A DNA stretch of 64,000 nt from Candidatus Moanibacter sp. (GTDB lineage Bacteria > Verrucomicrobiota > Verrucomicrobiia > Opitutales > UBA2987), in the NCBI GenBank assembly GCA_965215885.1, contig CBDCEW010000080.1, positions 1 to 64,000 on the forward strand, in the 5' to 3' direction. Position numbers and translations under genes: made by a program. The notes beneath the pieces were generated by a model. That model worked only from the letters and a program-made list of their open reading frames with translations. It was not told where the DNA came from and searched no databases. Within the stretch, counting starts at the first letter, position 1. Every line of letters starts with the position of its first letter. Positions 9,752-19,687 of this stretch are shown here, piece after piece.

Positions 9752-10633
9752 CTACCGCACTATCGTGAGCTGCGCCTTTAATGCCACTAACCGTTCCTGG
9801 ATCAAGATCCGCCTCCTGTCCCGGGGAAACTCGCGCAAAAACCGTTCGTAAAATTCGACGGCAAGCGGAACATTGCCCAATTCCCTCGCTATCTCGCCGA
9901 TGCTGACGAGAACATCACGCCGAATCCGAAAGTTCTGAATGCCGGCTGCCACCGACTCACGGTAATGGTAGAGGGATTTCTCGAGTGGGACGTCGTAGCG
10001 AGCCGCCAGATCGCCCATGAGGCTGTGGAAGTGGCTGCGGATCGAGGGTCGGATAAGGTTTTCGGCCAGGGGTTCGAGTTCCAGAAACCGGTGTCTCCGC
10101 TCCTCCAACGATTCGACCGTATAAAACCGAATCAATACATAACGGGTCGCCGCAAGCTGTGCGAAAAAATGGCGAGGGTTGGCCGCGATTATCTGAGCGT
10201 AGATCTTTTCCGCCTCCGCCAGTTCCGCCTGTCTCTGGTGCACTTCCTTGATGCGGCCGGAGTAGTACTTGGAGGCAATGCCCAAACCTTCCATACCCTC
10301 CGCCGAATACACCTCGGAAAACAGACGCTCAGCCCGGGCTAAGTTGGCCTGCGTCTTCGGCTGTTTGTTGATCAGGTTCAGCGCCAGGCCAAATTTCAAA
10401 TCGCTGGTTCGACCACTTCCGGACGCCAGCAAGTCACCGAACTCTTCGACCGCTTCGTGATAGAGAAAGCGTCCCGTTTTCTCCCACGCGGATTCCTCCG
10501 ATGCGGCTACTTTGCCGCCGGCCAGTGAGGGTCCGAGAATAAGGCCCAGCAGGAGCAGGCCAAATGAGCCAAGCCGGAATTGTCCTCGGGCAGAAATCTT
10601 ACCGCAGCACTTCACTTTACCCCATTGTTTCAA
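9752..10633 (-). CDS. Secreted TPR-like helical repeat protein
   Basis: Hydrophobic signal segment, TPR-like helices, C-terminal YERFLREFPRD. Start uncertain. Confidence 0.65.
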   Translation of the reverse strand: MKQWGKVKCCGKISARGQFRLGSFGLLLLGLILGPSLAGGKVAASEESAWEKTGRFLYHEAVEEFGDLLASGSGRTSDLKFGLALNLINKQPKTQANLARAERLFSEVYSAEGMEGLGIASKYYSGRIKEVHQRQAELAEAEKIYAQIIAANPRHFFAQLAATRYVLIRFYTVESLEERRHRFLELEPLAENLIRPSIRSHFHSLMGDLAARYDVPLEKSLYHYRESVAAGIQNFRIRRDVLVSIGEIARELGNVPLAVEFYERFLREFPRDRRRILIQERLVALKAQLTIVR

Positions 10634-10654
10634 AAGCTCGAGAAATGATGGGAT

Positions 10655-11743
10655 TTATTCGGCGTTCTTTAACCACGCCAAATCAAAGTGCGCGATACTC
10701 ATGACTTTGTTTCGCGCCATTTGCCCGCCATGTTCGTAGAGACAGTAGATCGTACCGTCCGCCGCCACCGCGAGATCTGAGTATCCCGCTACTCCCGGAT
10801 CGATTACGCGGGACACGGGCCAGGTTGAGCCCTCATCGAAACTCAACTTCGCGCTGAGGTTTTCCCGTGGATAACTCGCTTTCCCGGTTCTATTCGGCTC
10901 GCGATGGCGGCTGTCGGGATTGACGAAGAGGAGCATACTAGGACTCGAGGATATCCGTATCAGGCTTCCGCAGCAGACGGGTTCGAAGAGCCCTTCATCG
11001 AACCTTGGTTCGGACCAGCCGGTGGCGCCATCATTGCTGATTGTGATCACACGGCGGTTTCTCCTCGATTCGGTGCGGATATTCAACATGACCCTCCCAT
11101 CGGTTAGTTCCACTGCTACGTGTTCGCTTGGATTGATGAAAGTCTCTCCGTCATTCCGGAGGAAAATCTCACCCCTCTCCCAGGTCTTACCACTGTCGTC
11201 ACTGTAAATCGTCGCCACGACCGACGGCCGATGCCCCAGATTACCCGGCCCCATCTCCTTCCCGCCGCCGTCCGACATCCAGATCGGCACTAACAATCGC
11301 CCATTCCTCAGTCGAATGCCGTGACCGGGACCGGGCGCAATGACCCGCCAGGGATAGTCCACTCTGAAGGCTTCAAGGGGAGGGGTGATATCCTCCGGTT
11401 CAGAAAAGGTCTCTCCATCATCATCACTGTAGATGGTGTAGACACGGGCATAATTGACCTGGTAGAGAAAGTGGATTCTTCCGGTGTCGCGGTCGACAAT
11501 CGGCACCGCGTTGTCGGCCGGTTCCTTCACCCCTTCGCCGGCGATGATGCGCATGGGAGACCAGGCTTGGCCCCCGTCAAGGCCGCGGCGCAGGGCGATA
11601 TCGATATCCGACCAGTCGCCGGGCTCCACCCGGGCGGCGCAAAAGGCCAGAATGGTGCCGGTGTTTGTTATTTCCAGTGCAGGTATACGGTAGGTTTCAT
11701 ACCCGGGCTCGCCGCCGTGAAATAGTTCCTGTTTCTCAAACAT
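10655..11743 (-). CDS. Sialidase family protein (GH33-like)
   Basis: YRIP motif, Asp-boxes (SDDDGETF, SDDSGKTW, SNDGATGW, SFDEGSTW), GYSDL and LYE motifs. Confidence 0.92.
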   Translation of the reverse strand: MFEKQELFHGGEPGYETYRIPALEITNTGTILAFCAARVEPGDWSDIDIALRRGLDGGQAWSPMRIIAGEGVKEPADNAVPIVDRDTGRIHFLYQVNYARVYTIYSDDDGETFSEPEDITPPLEAFRVDYPWRVIAPGPGHGIRLRNGRLLVPIWMSDGGGKEMGPGNLGHRPSVVATIYSDDSGKTWERGEIFLRNDGETFINPSEHVAVELTDGRVMLNIRTESRRNRRVITISNDGATGWSEPRFDEGLFEPVCCGSLIRISSSPSMLLFVNPDSRHREPNRTGKASYPRENLSAKLSFDEGSTWPVSRVIDPGVAGYSDLAVAADGTIYCLYEHGGQMARNKVMSIAHFDLAWLKNAE

Positions 11744-12554
11744 AGTATGGATGGCGCCCAGTGGTTTCGATTTTCAGTTCCGCTATCTCGACGACCAACA
11801 GGGGGACAAAACGTCGAAAACTCAATCCTCTTCCCCCCTACCGGGACCGGGAAACTTCGGTTTCGGAGATTGGTCTAAATCAATGTTCTCCAAATTGTCG
11901 ACAAGGTTCGGGAGCGAGGTTCGGGACAAGGTTACTTCGTAAATCAGAGTCACCTTCACAATTCGATCAAATATGTCCTGACTCTTAACAGGTTCGGCGG
12001 GCTCAATGCACGCCAGGTCAGAATTCAGCGGAGCAAACCTCGTCTCGAACCTTGTCCATTAGTAGCGGCAGTACTATGTCCCATCATCGAATCCTCAATA
12101 TTCAATTCTCAAAGACCTACGGGAACGCGCCAGCTCTTCACTTGATAATTCGCACTTTAGCCTTCGATATTGGGAATTCTCTATCAGGCTATTCCTGTTT
12201 TCTTCTGATATTCGAACGGGTTCGACAAAGCTCGCGACAAAGAGCCCCAGAATAGTATCAAGGTGATACGATTTCGATTCGAACTACTCTCGACGAAGCT
12301 TACGACGAGGCTTGCGACAAAGAGGACGATGTTCGGACCTCGCATCCCCGCGTCCCCGTATCCTTCCCCTCCCCATCCGTTATCTTCCCTGGCTCGGCAA
12401 AGCGCAGCGGCGACGGCTCGAATCCGTCTGCGGTGAGCCTGTCGAACCCGTTGGGAATCCCTCTTCAGTGAATCCGTTGGCATTCTTCTCCGCGTCTCCC
12501 CGTCACCGTTTCTCCCCTTCTGCCGTTTTGCTTTCTCGTTTGGAGAAGCCCCAT

Positions 12555-14000
12555 TCAATACCTTCCGATCCGATCTGAGCCGAGTTCTACGCTGGAGACG
12601 ACAGAATCGAAAGCGCTTCGTGTCATCTGTTCGCGAACTTGATGGTGGCTCTCGGACTCCCACAGATTCTGATGTTCCCAAGGGTCCTCTTGGAGGTCGT
12701 AGAGCTCTCCGTATTCCAAGCCGTGGTAGACAACGCATTTGAACCGGTTATCCCGAATCATCGTGCCTCGGCCGGTGCCGCCGGCGCCAGGCAGCTCCAG
12801 AGTTCCGTAGTACTCACAGCGCACTATCTCGCGATGATAGTCAGCCGGCGCCTTTCCTTCCAGGATCGGCAGGAGCGAACGGCCCTGCATGCGGCGGGGC
12901 GGTTCCGCACCGGCCAGATCCAGCAGCGTGGGGGCCACGTCGATGAGTTCCACCAGTGCACTGGCTCGCACACCTTCCTTTACCGTGCCCGGCATGCTGA
13001 AGATCAGGGGAACCCGCACAAGGCCTTCGTAGAATCGACATCCCTTGCCCTTAAGGCCGTGGTCCCCGAGCATCTCCCCGTGGTCGCTCATAAAGATCAC
13101 GAGCGTGTTCTCGCGCAGATCGTTTTCTTCGAGGGTGTCAAGCAAGCGCCCCACGTTATGGTCGATCAGTTCCACCATCGCAAAATAGTCGGCCTCCATG
13201 TCCTTCGCTTCAGCAATGTCGAGATCCCTCGCCTTGCCCGGATAGTCAACCCCCGCCAATCGCTTCTCGTGCGCGAGGTCACTCTTCTCAAAGTAGGGCC
13301 CTGGCAGTGTAGCGGAATCATAGCGCTTCCGGTACTCGCCCGGCGGGTCGTTGGAACCGTGAGGGTCGAAGACGTTTACGCTCATTTCCCAGGGGTGGAC
13401 CGAAGCTTTGTTTTGGCTGATAAACTCGATCGCCTGATCGGTACACCAGGTCGTCTGGTGCAAAACCGGGTCGACCGAGGGTAGATATGGAGAGTATATG
13501 TTGCCCCAGGCGCGTTCGCTGCTCATCTCCTTGAAAATGGTGAGCAGATCGAGGCCTTGATCTTCCAGCCATTCGATATACTGGTTTCCGGCGCCTGCGC
13601 CCTGGTAAGGCGAATGGCTGTACTTGAAAAAGGAGTAGCCGTCCTCCACCCGATTTTCCTCTCCCCGCCAGGCCGATGCAATGTGCAGCTTGCCCGATAA
13701 TTCGCAGGTATAGCCGGCATTGGCCAGTAACTTGGTTACGAGGGGCGCGTCATTCGAGAAAAACTCATTACCGTTCCTACAGGCGCGGATCGAACTCGGG
13801 TACATGCCGGTCATGAAACTCGATCGGCTTGGAGTACAGATCGGCTTCTGGCAATGGGCATGCGTGAATGCCGTTCCTTCCGCACACAGCCGATCCAGGT
13901 TCGGCGTGTGGATGTGCGGATTGTTCAGCGATTGAATGGTATCAAAGCGCTGCTGATCCGTACAGAACCAGAGAATGTTCGGTTTTCGGTCTTTATTCAT
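12555..14000 (-). CDS. Sulfatase (S1, Cys-type)
   Basis: CTPSR formylglycine motif, GKLH, SDHG, ELYDL. Confidence 0.95.
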   Translation of the reverse strand: MNKDRKPNILWFCTDQQRFDTIQSLNNPHIHTPNLDRLCAEGTAFTHAHCQKPICTPSRSSFMTGMYPSSIRACRNGNEFFSNDAPLVTKLLANAGYTCELSGKLHIASAWRGEENRVEDGYSFFKYSHSPYQGAGAGNQYIEWLEDQGLDLLTIFKEMSSERAWGNIYSPYLPSVDPVLHQTTWCTDQAIEFISQNKASVHPWEMSVNVFDPHGSNDPPGEYRKRYDSATLPGPYFEKSDLAHEKRLAGVDYPGKARDLDIAEAKDMEADYFAMVELIDHNVGRLLDTLEENDLRENTLVIFMSDHGEMLGDHGLKGKGCRFYEGLVRVPLIFSMPGTVKEGVRASALVELIDVAPTLLDLAGAEPPRRMQGRSLLPILEGKAPADYHREIVRCEYYGTLELPGAGGTGRGTMIRDNRFKCVVYHGLEYGELYDLQEDPWEHQNLWESESHHQVREQMTRSAFDSVVSSVELGSDRIGRY

Positions 14001-14167
14001 TAGGAATCAGTCGAGCTTGTTACTCCGGCAACTAAATTGTTCCAAGTCTTGTCAACTCGCCTGCACTTTCTACGGATTCAGTCAGTTGATGGATGACGCT
14101 CTATTGTTCATCTGCCGGTTGAATAAGAATTCAGATCGCACTCAACCTACAATGTGCCCTGCCACTT

Positions 14168-14311
14168 TGTCATTGCGAGCCCAGCGACACCCGTCCTGAG
14201 TCCCGCTGAGCGGGATCTAAGGAGCTGGGCGTGGCAATCCAGAGAAAGGTAGGTGGGTCCTTCTCTATTCCTGGATCGCCGCGCCTCCCTTCTGTCGGCT
14301 CGCGATGACAG
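14168..14311. repeat. REP-like inverted pair GTCATTGCGAG...CTCGCGATGAC
   Basis: TGTCATTGCGAGCC and GGCTCGCGATGACA; a related half copy lies near 40367-40401. Confidence 0.6.
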
Positions 14312-14348
14312 TCTGCTATTATCTGATTGCCGGGGGAATGGATATTCA

Positions 14349-14557
14349 AACTTGGTAATTCCCCGAAGCTTGCTACGGGGTGTCGTTGACACTTTTCAGC
14401 ATCGTGCGCGGAGCGCCCGATCCACCACTGGCAAGGATATTAGTGGTGGAACGGCCCCTCCGGGGACGTTTGGTTCAACTTTGTAATTGGAAGAGTTAGA
14501 CATGGACTTGCTGCCCGTAGAGTCTGATACCCCGCAGCTTGCTACTGGGGTATTCAC
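14349..14557. mobile_element. Hairpin-ended non-coding element (IS200/IS605-like MITE/PATE candidate), copy 1
   Basis: Terminal hairpins CCCCGAAGCTTGCTACGGGG and CCCCGCAGCTTGCTACTGGGG; core GATCCACCA...TAGTGGTGGAAC shared with copies at 27504 and 61569. Confidence 0.6.
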
Positions 14558-14623
14558 TATCACCGATGTTGAGATTTCAAGGTGACCAATGTAAGTTCTG
14601 GTTAAGATCTTCCGGACGGGTTC

Positions 14624-15964
14624 CTAAGTTAAAGCGACTTCGAACGGTTTGGTCAAGTAATCCGCTTCCGCAAGCCTGTAGGACCCGGCTTCATCCTCAA
14701 TCCATTGCGGATCATCGACCGCCCCTACGTTATTCGCGACCGGACCGTCCAGAATGGGATCCCGGGTCGCTTCCAGGAAATCTTGCAAACGATTCCGCAG
14801 TTCGTCTCGTAATTTCGAGAACTCGGAATCATCGGCCAGATTGTTCAATTCGTCCGGATCCGCGGCCAAGTCATAGAGTTCCTCGGTCGGCTTAGGTTTG
14901 GAAAAATGCGATTCAACGGAACGGTAGTCCGCACCGAAGCGACTCAACCACCCCTCTACTACGAAATTCGGAACACGACTGTAATTAGCAATGAATTTGT
15001 ACCTTTCCGTCCGCATGCTGCGTACCGGCTGGTAAAACCAGCGACCGCTCCGGCGCCCCCAGTTGTATTCGCCGAATACAGCCACGCGCGTGTTCACCGT
15101 TTCCCCTTTGAGCAAACCGGCAAAACTCTTTTCACGAAGGGCTTCAGGAAGCGCCATCCCGGCCGCTTCCATTACCGAAGGAAGAAGATCGGCCATCGCC
15201 ACCATGCGGTCGTGAACCTGTCCGGGCGATTCGATATCCGGAGTCTTCATAATCAAGGCACACTGTAGCCCCGAATCGTAAAGTGTCTGCTTCGCCCTCG
15301 GCAAAGCGATGCCATGGTCTGTGTTAAAGACGATTACGGTATTGTCCTCCAGCCCTCCCTCTACAACCGCATGCAGAATTTTCCCAACATCGCTGTCCAG
15401 TTTTGCCGCCTGTGTGGCGAACGTTGCCAGGTCTTTCCGTGCCACTTCGCTTTCGGGCATGTATGCAGGCAGCTCGATCCGGTCGACAATTGCCGCATCG
15501 TAGTCGGCTCCCCAGCGTCGGTGCGTCTCGTGGAAAGAGGTCCAAAGCAGAAAGGGCTTCTCCGGCTGAGGCGCACCATTCCGGAGAAAATCGACCGCTG
15601 ATTCAACCAGAGTACGGCTTTCGGATTCCAACACCTTTTCAAATCCAAGCACATCCGGCTCATTCAACACCATGGCCCGCTGATTGAGAACGGTGGTGTA
15701 ACCGGCCTCACGGAAATGGTGCAGGAGAAAAGTGCTGTTCTCGTCGATTGGCTCCTGTCCCACAATGCCTGCTTCGTGCGGCATCACTCCGGTAAATATA
15801 GACGCCCGGCTCGGCATACACATCGGCGAAGCGGCGATGGCATTCGTAAAACGGGCGCCCGCCCGCGCCAGAGCATCGATGTTTGGAGTGTCCAAAAACG
15901 GATACCCATAACAACCGAGCCAGTTTCCAAGGTCGTGGCAATCAATGAAGACTACATTTCTCAT
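14624..15964 (-). CDS. Sulfatase (S1, sulfamidase-like)
   Basis: CMPSR motif, TDHG, RAKQTLYDSG, EELYDL. Confidence 0.93.
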   Translation of the reverse strand: MRNVVFIDCHDLGNWLGCYGYPFLDTPNIDALARAGARFTNAIAASPMCMPSRASIFTGVMPHEAGIVGQEPIDENSTFLLHHFREAGYTTVLNQRAMVLNEPDVLGFEKVLESESRTLVESAVDFLRNGAPQPEKPFLLWTSFHETHRRWGADYDAAIVDRIELPAYMPESEVARKDLATFATQAAKLDSDVGKILHAVVEGGLEDNTVIVFNTDHGIALPRAKQTLYDSGLQCALIMKTPDIESPGQVHDRMVAMADLLPSVMEAAGMALPEALREKSFAGLLKGETVNTRVAVFGEYNWGRRSGRWFYQPVRSMRTERYKFIANYSRVPNFVVEGWLSRFGADYRSVESHFSKPKPTEELYDLAADPDELNNLADDSEFSKLRDELRNRLQDFLEATRDPILDGPVANNVGAVDDPQWIEDEAGSYRLAEADYLTKPFEVALT

Positions 15965-16279
15965 TACAGTTAATCAGATGCGTAGAATCTTCAATTTCGG
16001 CTTCAATGCGCAGGTCCGAAAGATAGGTGAGAAAAGCACGTCTGCAATCGAATTCGAGTACTGAGGTTGAGCGGTATCCATTTAATGGTCCACTTCTCGG
16101 GGCGCATGCCGGCAATCGCCACTTTCCAGTCCACCGACTTATGCAATAGGCGTGCAGAATCCAGCCGGCGATCATAAGCTCAGCAGCAAAGCCATTCGGC
16201 TGGGTTTTTATCAGGCAGAAAAATTCTCTGCTTTCAATTTCATCTGTTTCATCTAATTTCGATAAAAAAGGAAGAAGGG

Positions 16280-16429
16280 ATGAAGACAGTCAGCGCCAAT
16301 GAAGCGAAACAATCGCTGGGAAAAGTCATCGACGAGGTCCAGCGAGAGCCGGTCGTGATACAACGGTACAACCGAGATAGCATCTTATTCTACATCGTTT
16401 ATACGAGGAGAAACAATGCCAACATTTAA
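16280..16429 (+). pseudogene. Truncated Phd/YefM antitoxin fragment
   Basis: The first 33 codons encode the same peptide as the gene at 26726 (MKTVSANEAKQSLGKVIDEVQREPVVIQRYNRD); the sequence then diverges into the Ldh2 leader. Confidence 0.85.
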
Positions 16430-17456
16430 AGCTGATTATCTTGAACAGATAACCGCCCGAATCTTTGCGGCGGTGGCGGTGCCGGAGGACGAAGCCACCC
16501 TTATGGCCCACGAGTTAGTATACGCCAACCTCATGGGGGTGGACTCGCATGGAGTGATCCGCGTCCCCCAATATATTGAGTCGATTGAGCAGGGCGAAAT
16601 TAAACCCGGTGCCCCAACGACCGTTGTCAAGGAGACGCCCACGACGGCCTTGATCGAGGGCGGTGATAACTTTGGGCAGGTGGTCGCCTTTCGAGCGTTA
16701 GAGATTGCGATTAATAAGGCGCGAAGTCACAACGTTAGTTGCGTCATAGCCCATCGCTGCAACCATGTGGGGCGCTTAGGGGCTTATCCTCAGAAAGCGG
16801 CTGAGAAGGATATGGTCTGCCTGGCGACAGCGACCTGGCCCAGTAGTGGTCACTCGGTCGCTCCATTTGGGGGGCGGGAAGCCCGACTCGCGACTAACCC
16901 AATTGCCTATGGTGTGCCGACTAAGGCTCAACCCGTCCTATCAGATTTTGCCACCAGTGTGATGTCCGAAGGCAAGATCAGATTAGTGCGCAACAAGGGA
17001 GGCCGTTTGCCGGATCAAGTCGTACTCAATCAAGAAGGTCAGGCGACCAACGATCCAAACCAGTTTTACGGGCCGCCTCGGGGGGCAATCCTACCCTTTG
17101 GCGGACCTGTTGGCTACAAGGGCTACGCGCTCAGTTTGCTGGTCGAGATCCTGGGCGGTACGCTGGCGGGTGGCGCAATTGATGATGAGACCCGTTTGGG
17201 CAATGGTCTATGGCTCGTCGTCATTAACCCGGCAGCTTTTACCGAACTCATCCACTTTAAGGAGATGATGGAGGGCCTGTCTTCTTTTATGAAGGCGACG
17301 CCGCCGGCCGAAGGCTTTGAAGAAGTCTTCTTGCCGGGTGAGTTGGATTTCCAAACCGTGGCCCAGCGACAAGAAGCCGGCCTCTCCTTAGATGATACGA
17401 CCTGGAATCATATTAGACAGGCGGCTGAGGGCGTGGGTGTCACCATAGAAAGTTAA
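16416..17456 (+). CDS. Ldh2 family oxidoreductase (paralog of 755-1801)
   Basis: GVDSHG, HVGRLG, TNPIA, DFATS, YKGYAL; GAGGAG ribosome-binding site. Confidence 0.92.
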   Translation: MPTFKADYLEQITARIFAAVAVPEDEATLMAHELVYANLMGVDSHGVIRVPQYIESIEQGEIKPGAPTTVVKETPTTALIEGGDNFGQVVAFRALEIAINKARSHNVSCVIAHRCNHVGRLGAYPQKAAEKDMVCLATATWPSSGHSVAPFGGREARLATNPIAYGVPTKAQPVLSDFATSVMSEGKIRLVRNKGGRLPDQVVLNQEGQATNDPNQFYGPPRGAILPFGGPVGYKGYALSLLVEILGGTLAGGAIDDETRLGNGLWLVVINPAAFTELIHFKEMMEGLSSFMKATPPAEGFEEVFLPGELDFQTVAQRQEAGLSLDDTTWNHIRQAAEGVGVTIES

Positions 17457-17548
17457 GTTTTACCCCGAAATTGCCATGCAATTTACGGAGATTAACTGTG
17501 TAAGTAAGTCAGCAACAAATAGTTAAATCATGGCAAATTCAGGGTCTG

Positions 17549-18412
17549 CTACATACGGCTATTTTTATGCTCGCTGGCATTCCACTGGGCCTGCCATTGT
17601 TCCCAAGTCCCAACCTGGTCTGGATTACGCTCGCTACGAGCCGTAAAAGCAAGCGCCTTGTGCCATAAATCATACAGTGAGGTGTCAGCCGCGCTATAGC
17701 GGAAGTCGGTTGACCAGCGAATGCCCTCGCTTTGGTTGACCAAAGAACGGTGAAAAACGAGGTTGTTGAAAATCAGGGTATCGCCAACTTTCATTTCCAA
17801 CATATCAATCTGTTCCGCCGCCAGACCAGGGTCATGCACGGGTACTTTAAACCGCTCACCTTCAACTTCGTGCATCGCTTGTAATCCCTGGCGATGACTA
17901 CCGGGAATATACTGTAAAGTGCCATTGTGTTCATTCACATCTACCAGCGGAATCCAAAGGGATAGGTAGAAATCATTCTCGGTCTTGGGCATGTAGGCAC
18001 TATCTTGATGCCAGGGCAAAGTGGTGATTCTTTCGCTCGGTAATTTGGGGCGCACCCAAAAGTCACCATTAAACTGTATATCCGGGCCAACAAATGACTC
18101 GATCAAATCCAAAACGCGGGGATGGGTGATCAAGTTAAATAAGGCTTGGCTAAAAACGACCGTGTGCCAGGCGAATTGCGGCTGCTCCGAAGCACTCTGA
18201 CGATAAACTTCATACCATCGTTTATCAAAAGGCTGGTCTTCATGACGTTCGGTGATCTTGCCTTCGGCGAACAAGGCTTGCGTCTGTTGATCGACCACCT
18301 GAGCCGCTACACCAATCAAAGGGGCCAGGTCTACCGGTTTTAGCAAGCCCTTAACGACCAGATAACCATCGCGATCGAAGGTTTCTTTTTGTTGAGGTGT
18401 CAAAATATCCAT
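17549..18412 (-). CDS. Phytanoyl-CoA dioxygenase (PhyH) family Fe/2OG dioxygenase
   Basis: WHQD, WIPL, PGSH, FHRS..N...RWS motifs. Confidence 0.93.
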   Translation of the reverse strand: MDILTPQQKETFDRDGYLVVKGLLKPVDLAPLIGVAAQVVDQQTQALFAEGKITERHEDQPFDKRWYEVYRQSASEQPQFAWHTVVFSQALFNLITHPRVLDLIESFVGPDIQFNGDFWVRPKLPSERITTLPWHQDSAYMPKTENDFYLSLWIPLVDVNEHNGTLQYIPGSHRQGLQAMHEVEGERFKVPVHDPGLAAEQIDMLEMKVGDTLIFNNLVFHRSLVNQSEGIRWSTDFRYSAADTSLYDLWHKALAFTARSERNPDQVGTWEQWQAQWNASEHKNSRM

Positions 18413-18427
18413 AACGTTATTAGCCTT

Positions 18428-18511
18428 TATGCATTAAGCGATATCAATCAGGCAGTCGCTGACACTGAAAGTGGCGACGTGATAAAGGCGGTGTTGCGAC
18501 CCTCAGGATGA
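18428..18511 (+). pseudogene. C-terminal remnant of a Zn-dependent (aryl-)alcohol dehydrogenase
   Basis: Manual translation YALSDINQAVADTESGDVIKAVLRPSG* resembles MDR C-termini; no start codon. Confidence 0.55.
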
Positions 18512-18639
18512 CTTACAGACTCAATACCCACAGATGACGCTCGATTATAATAAAAAAATTAGGGGTCAGGAGTGAATCTTTGAAATCGGCTTCTCGAAGC
18601 ATCGGAGGGCCAATCTTCTCTCTCCCTCAAACATGCTCG

Positions 18640-19653
18640 CTACGAACCTACACCCAACCGATAGGCCCGTAGCGCAGTTCCGCGGAACAGGTCATCCTTC
18701 TCATCCTCGCTGAATTCCGCTGCGATCTTCTTGAAGGCGTTCCACAGGACGTGGTAGCTTACGGATTCCTTCTCGACGGGAAAGTTACTTTCGAACATGC
18801 AGCGATCGGGACCGAAGCATTCAATGGCGTGCAGGTAGTAGGGCCGCTGAACATTGGCGATTTCATCCGAGGTGGGCGGCAGGTCTCGTTCTTCCCACCC
18901 AAACCCGTTTACCCTCTGTGCGAGGCCCCCGAGTTTTGCGAAGACGTTGGGGCATTGGCTGAGGGCTGAATAGTCCCGTTTCCACTGCTCGAATACCTCG
19001 TCGCGTCGGCCGGCGTAGGGCCCGATTCCGATCACACCCCCGAGATGGTTGAGGATGATTCTGGTATCGGCACAGGCCTTTGCGACATCGGTGACTTCCG
19101 GGATCTGGGGATGGTAGTTCCAGGAGTCGAAGCTCAGCCCGAGGGCGCCCAGCTGTCTGACGCCCTCTTGAAAGCCTTGGGTGAGAAAAAGATGGGGAGG
19201 TGGCTCGATGCGCGAGTTGGGGACGTCGGGGCTCGCATCCCAGCTGCCTTGGTGACGGATGCCGCGAAACAGGCCCTTGCCGACTTCGATGTGCGCTTCG
19301 AGGATCGGCTTGACGTTCGATCCGAGCGCCAGATTCGCGTGCCCCACAATGCCGGCGACTTGTGCGCCGTCACTCCCGGCGGATTGAGCGGCTAGTTCGG
19401 CGACGAACTGAGTCTCTCCAATCGGACGCATTCCTTCCGGGCCGTCTTCGAGATACTCGGCGTGGCACTCGACGAACACGGTCTGCTCGATCCGGTGGCC
19501 GCTGTTCGTATCCGCCGAAAGATCGTCAAGCAGGTATTCGAGCGGCCCACGATGACCGGCGTGCCAGCAGTGGTGGTGAGGATCGACGATGGGACGGTCG
19601 GGATCGATGATGTCTTCCCTGACATGGGAGAGCCATTCGGGTCGCACGGTCAT
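18640..19653 (-). CDS. Amidohydrolase family protein (amidohydro_2, lactonase-like)
   Basis: DPHHH, RGIRH, ILNHLG, FESNFPV motifs. Confidence 0.92.
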   Translation of the reverse strand: MTVRPEWLSHVREDIIDPDRPIVDPHHHCWHAGHRGPLEYLLDDLSADTNSGHRIEQTVFVECHAEYLEDGPEGMRPIGETQFVAELAAQSAGSDGAQVAGIVGHANLALGSNVKPILEAHIEVGKGLFRGIRHQGSWDASPDVPNSRIEPPPHLFLTQGFQEGVRQLGALGLSFDSWNYHPQIPEVTDVAKACADTRIILNHLGGVIGIGPYAGRRDEVFEQWKRDYSALSQCPNVFAKLGGLAQRVNGFGWEERDLPPTSDEIANVQRPYYLHAIECFGPDRCMFESNFPVEKESVSYHVLWNAFKKIAAEFSEDEKDDLFRGTALRAYRLGVGS

Positions 19654-19687
19654 GGATTCCTCGGTTTATGACTGGCGTGTGATAAGG

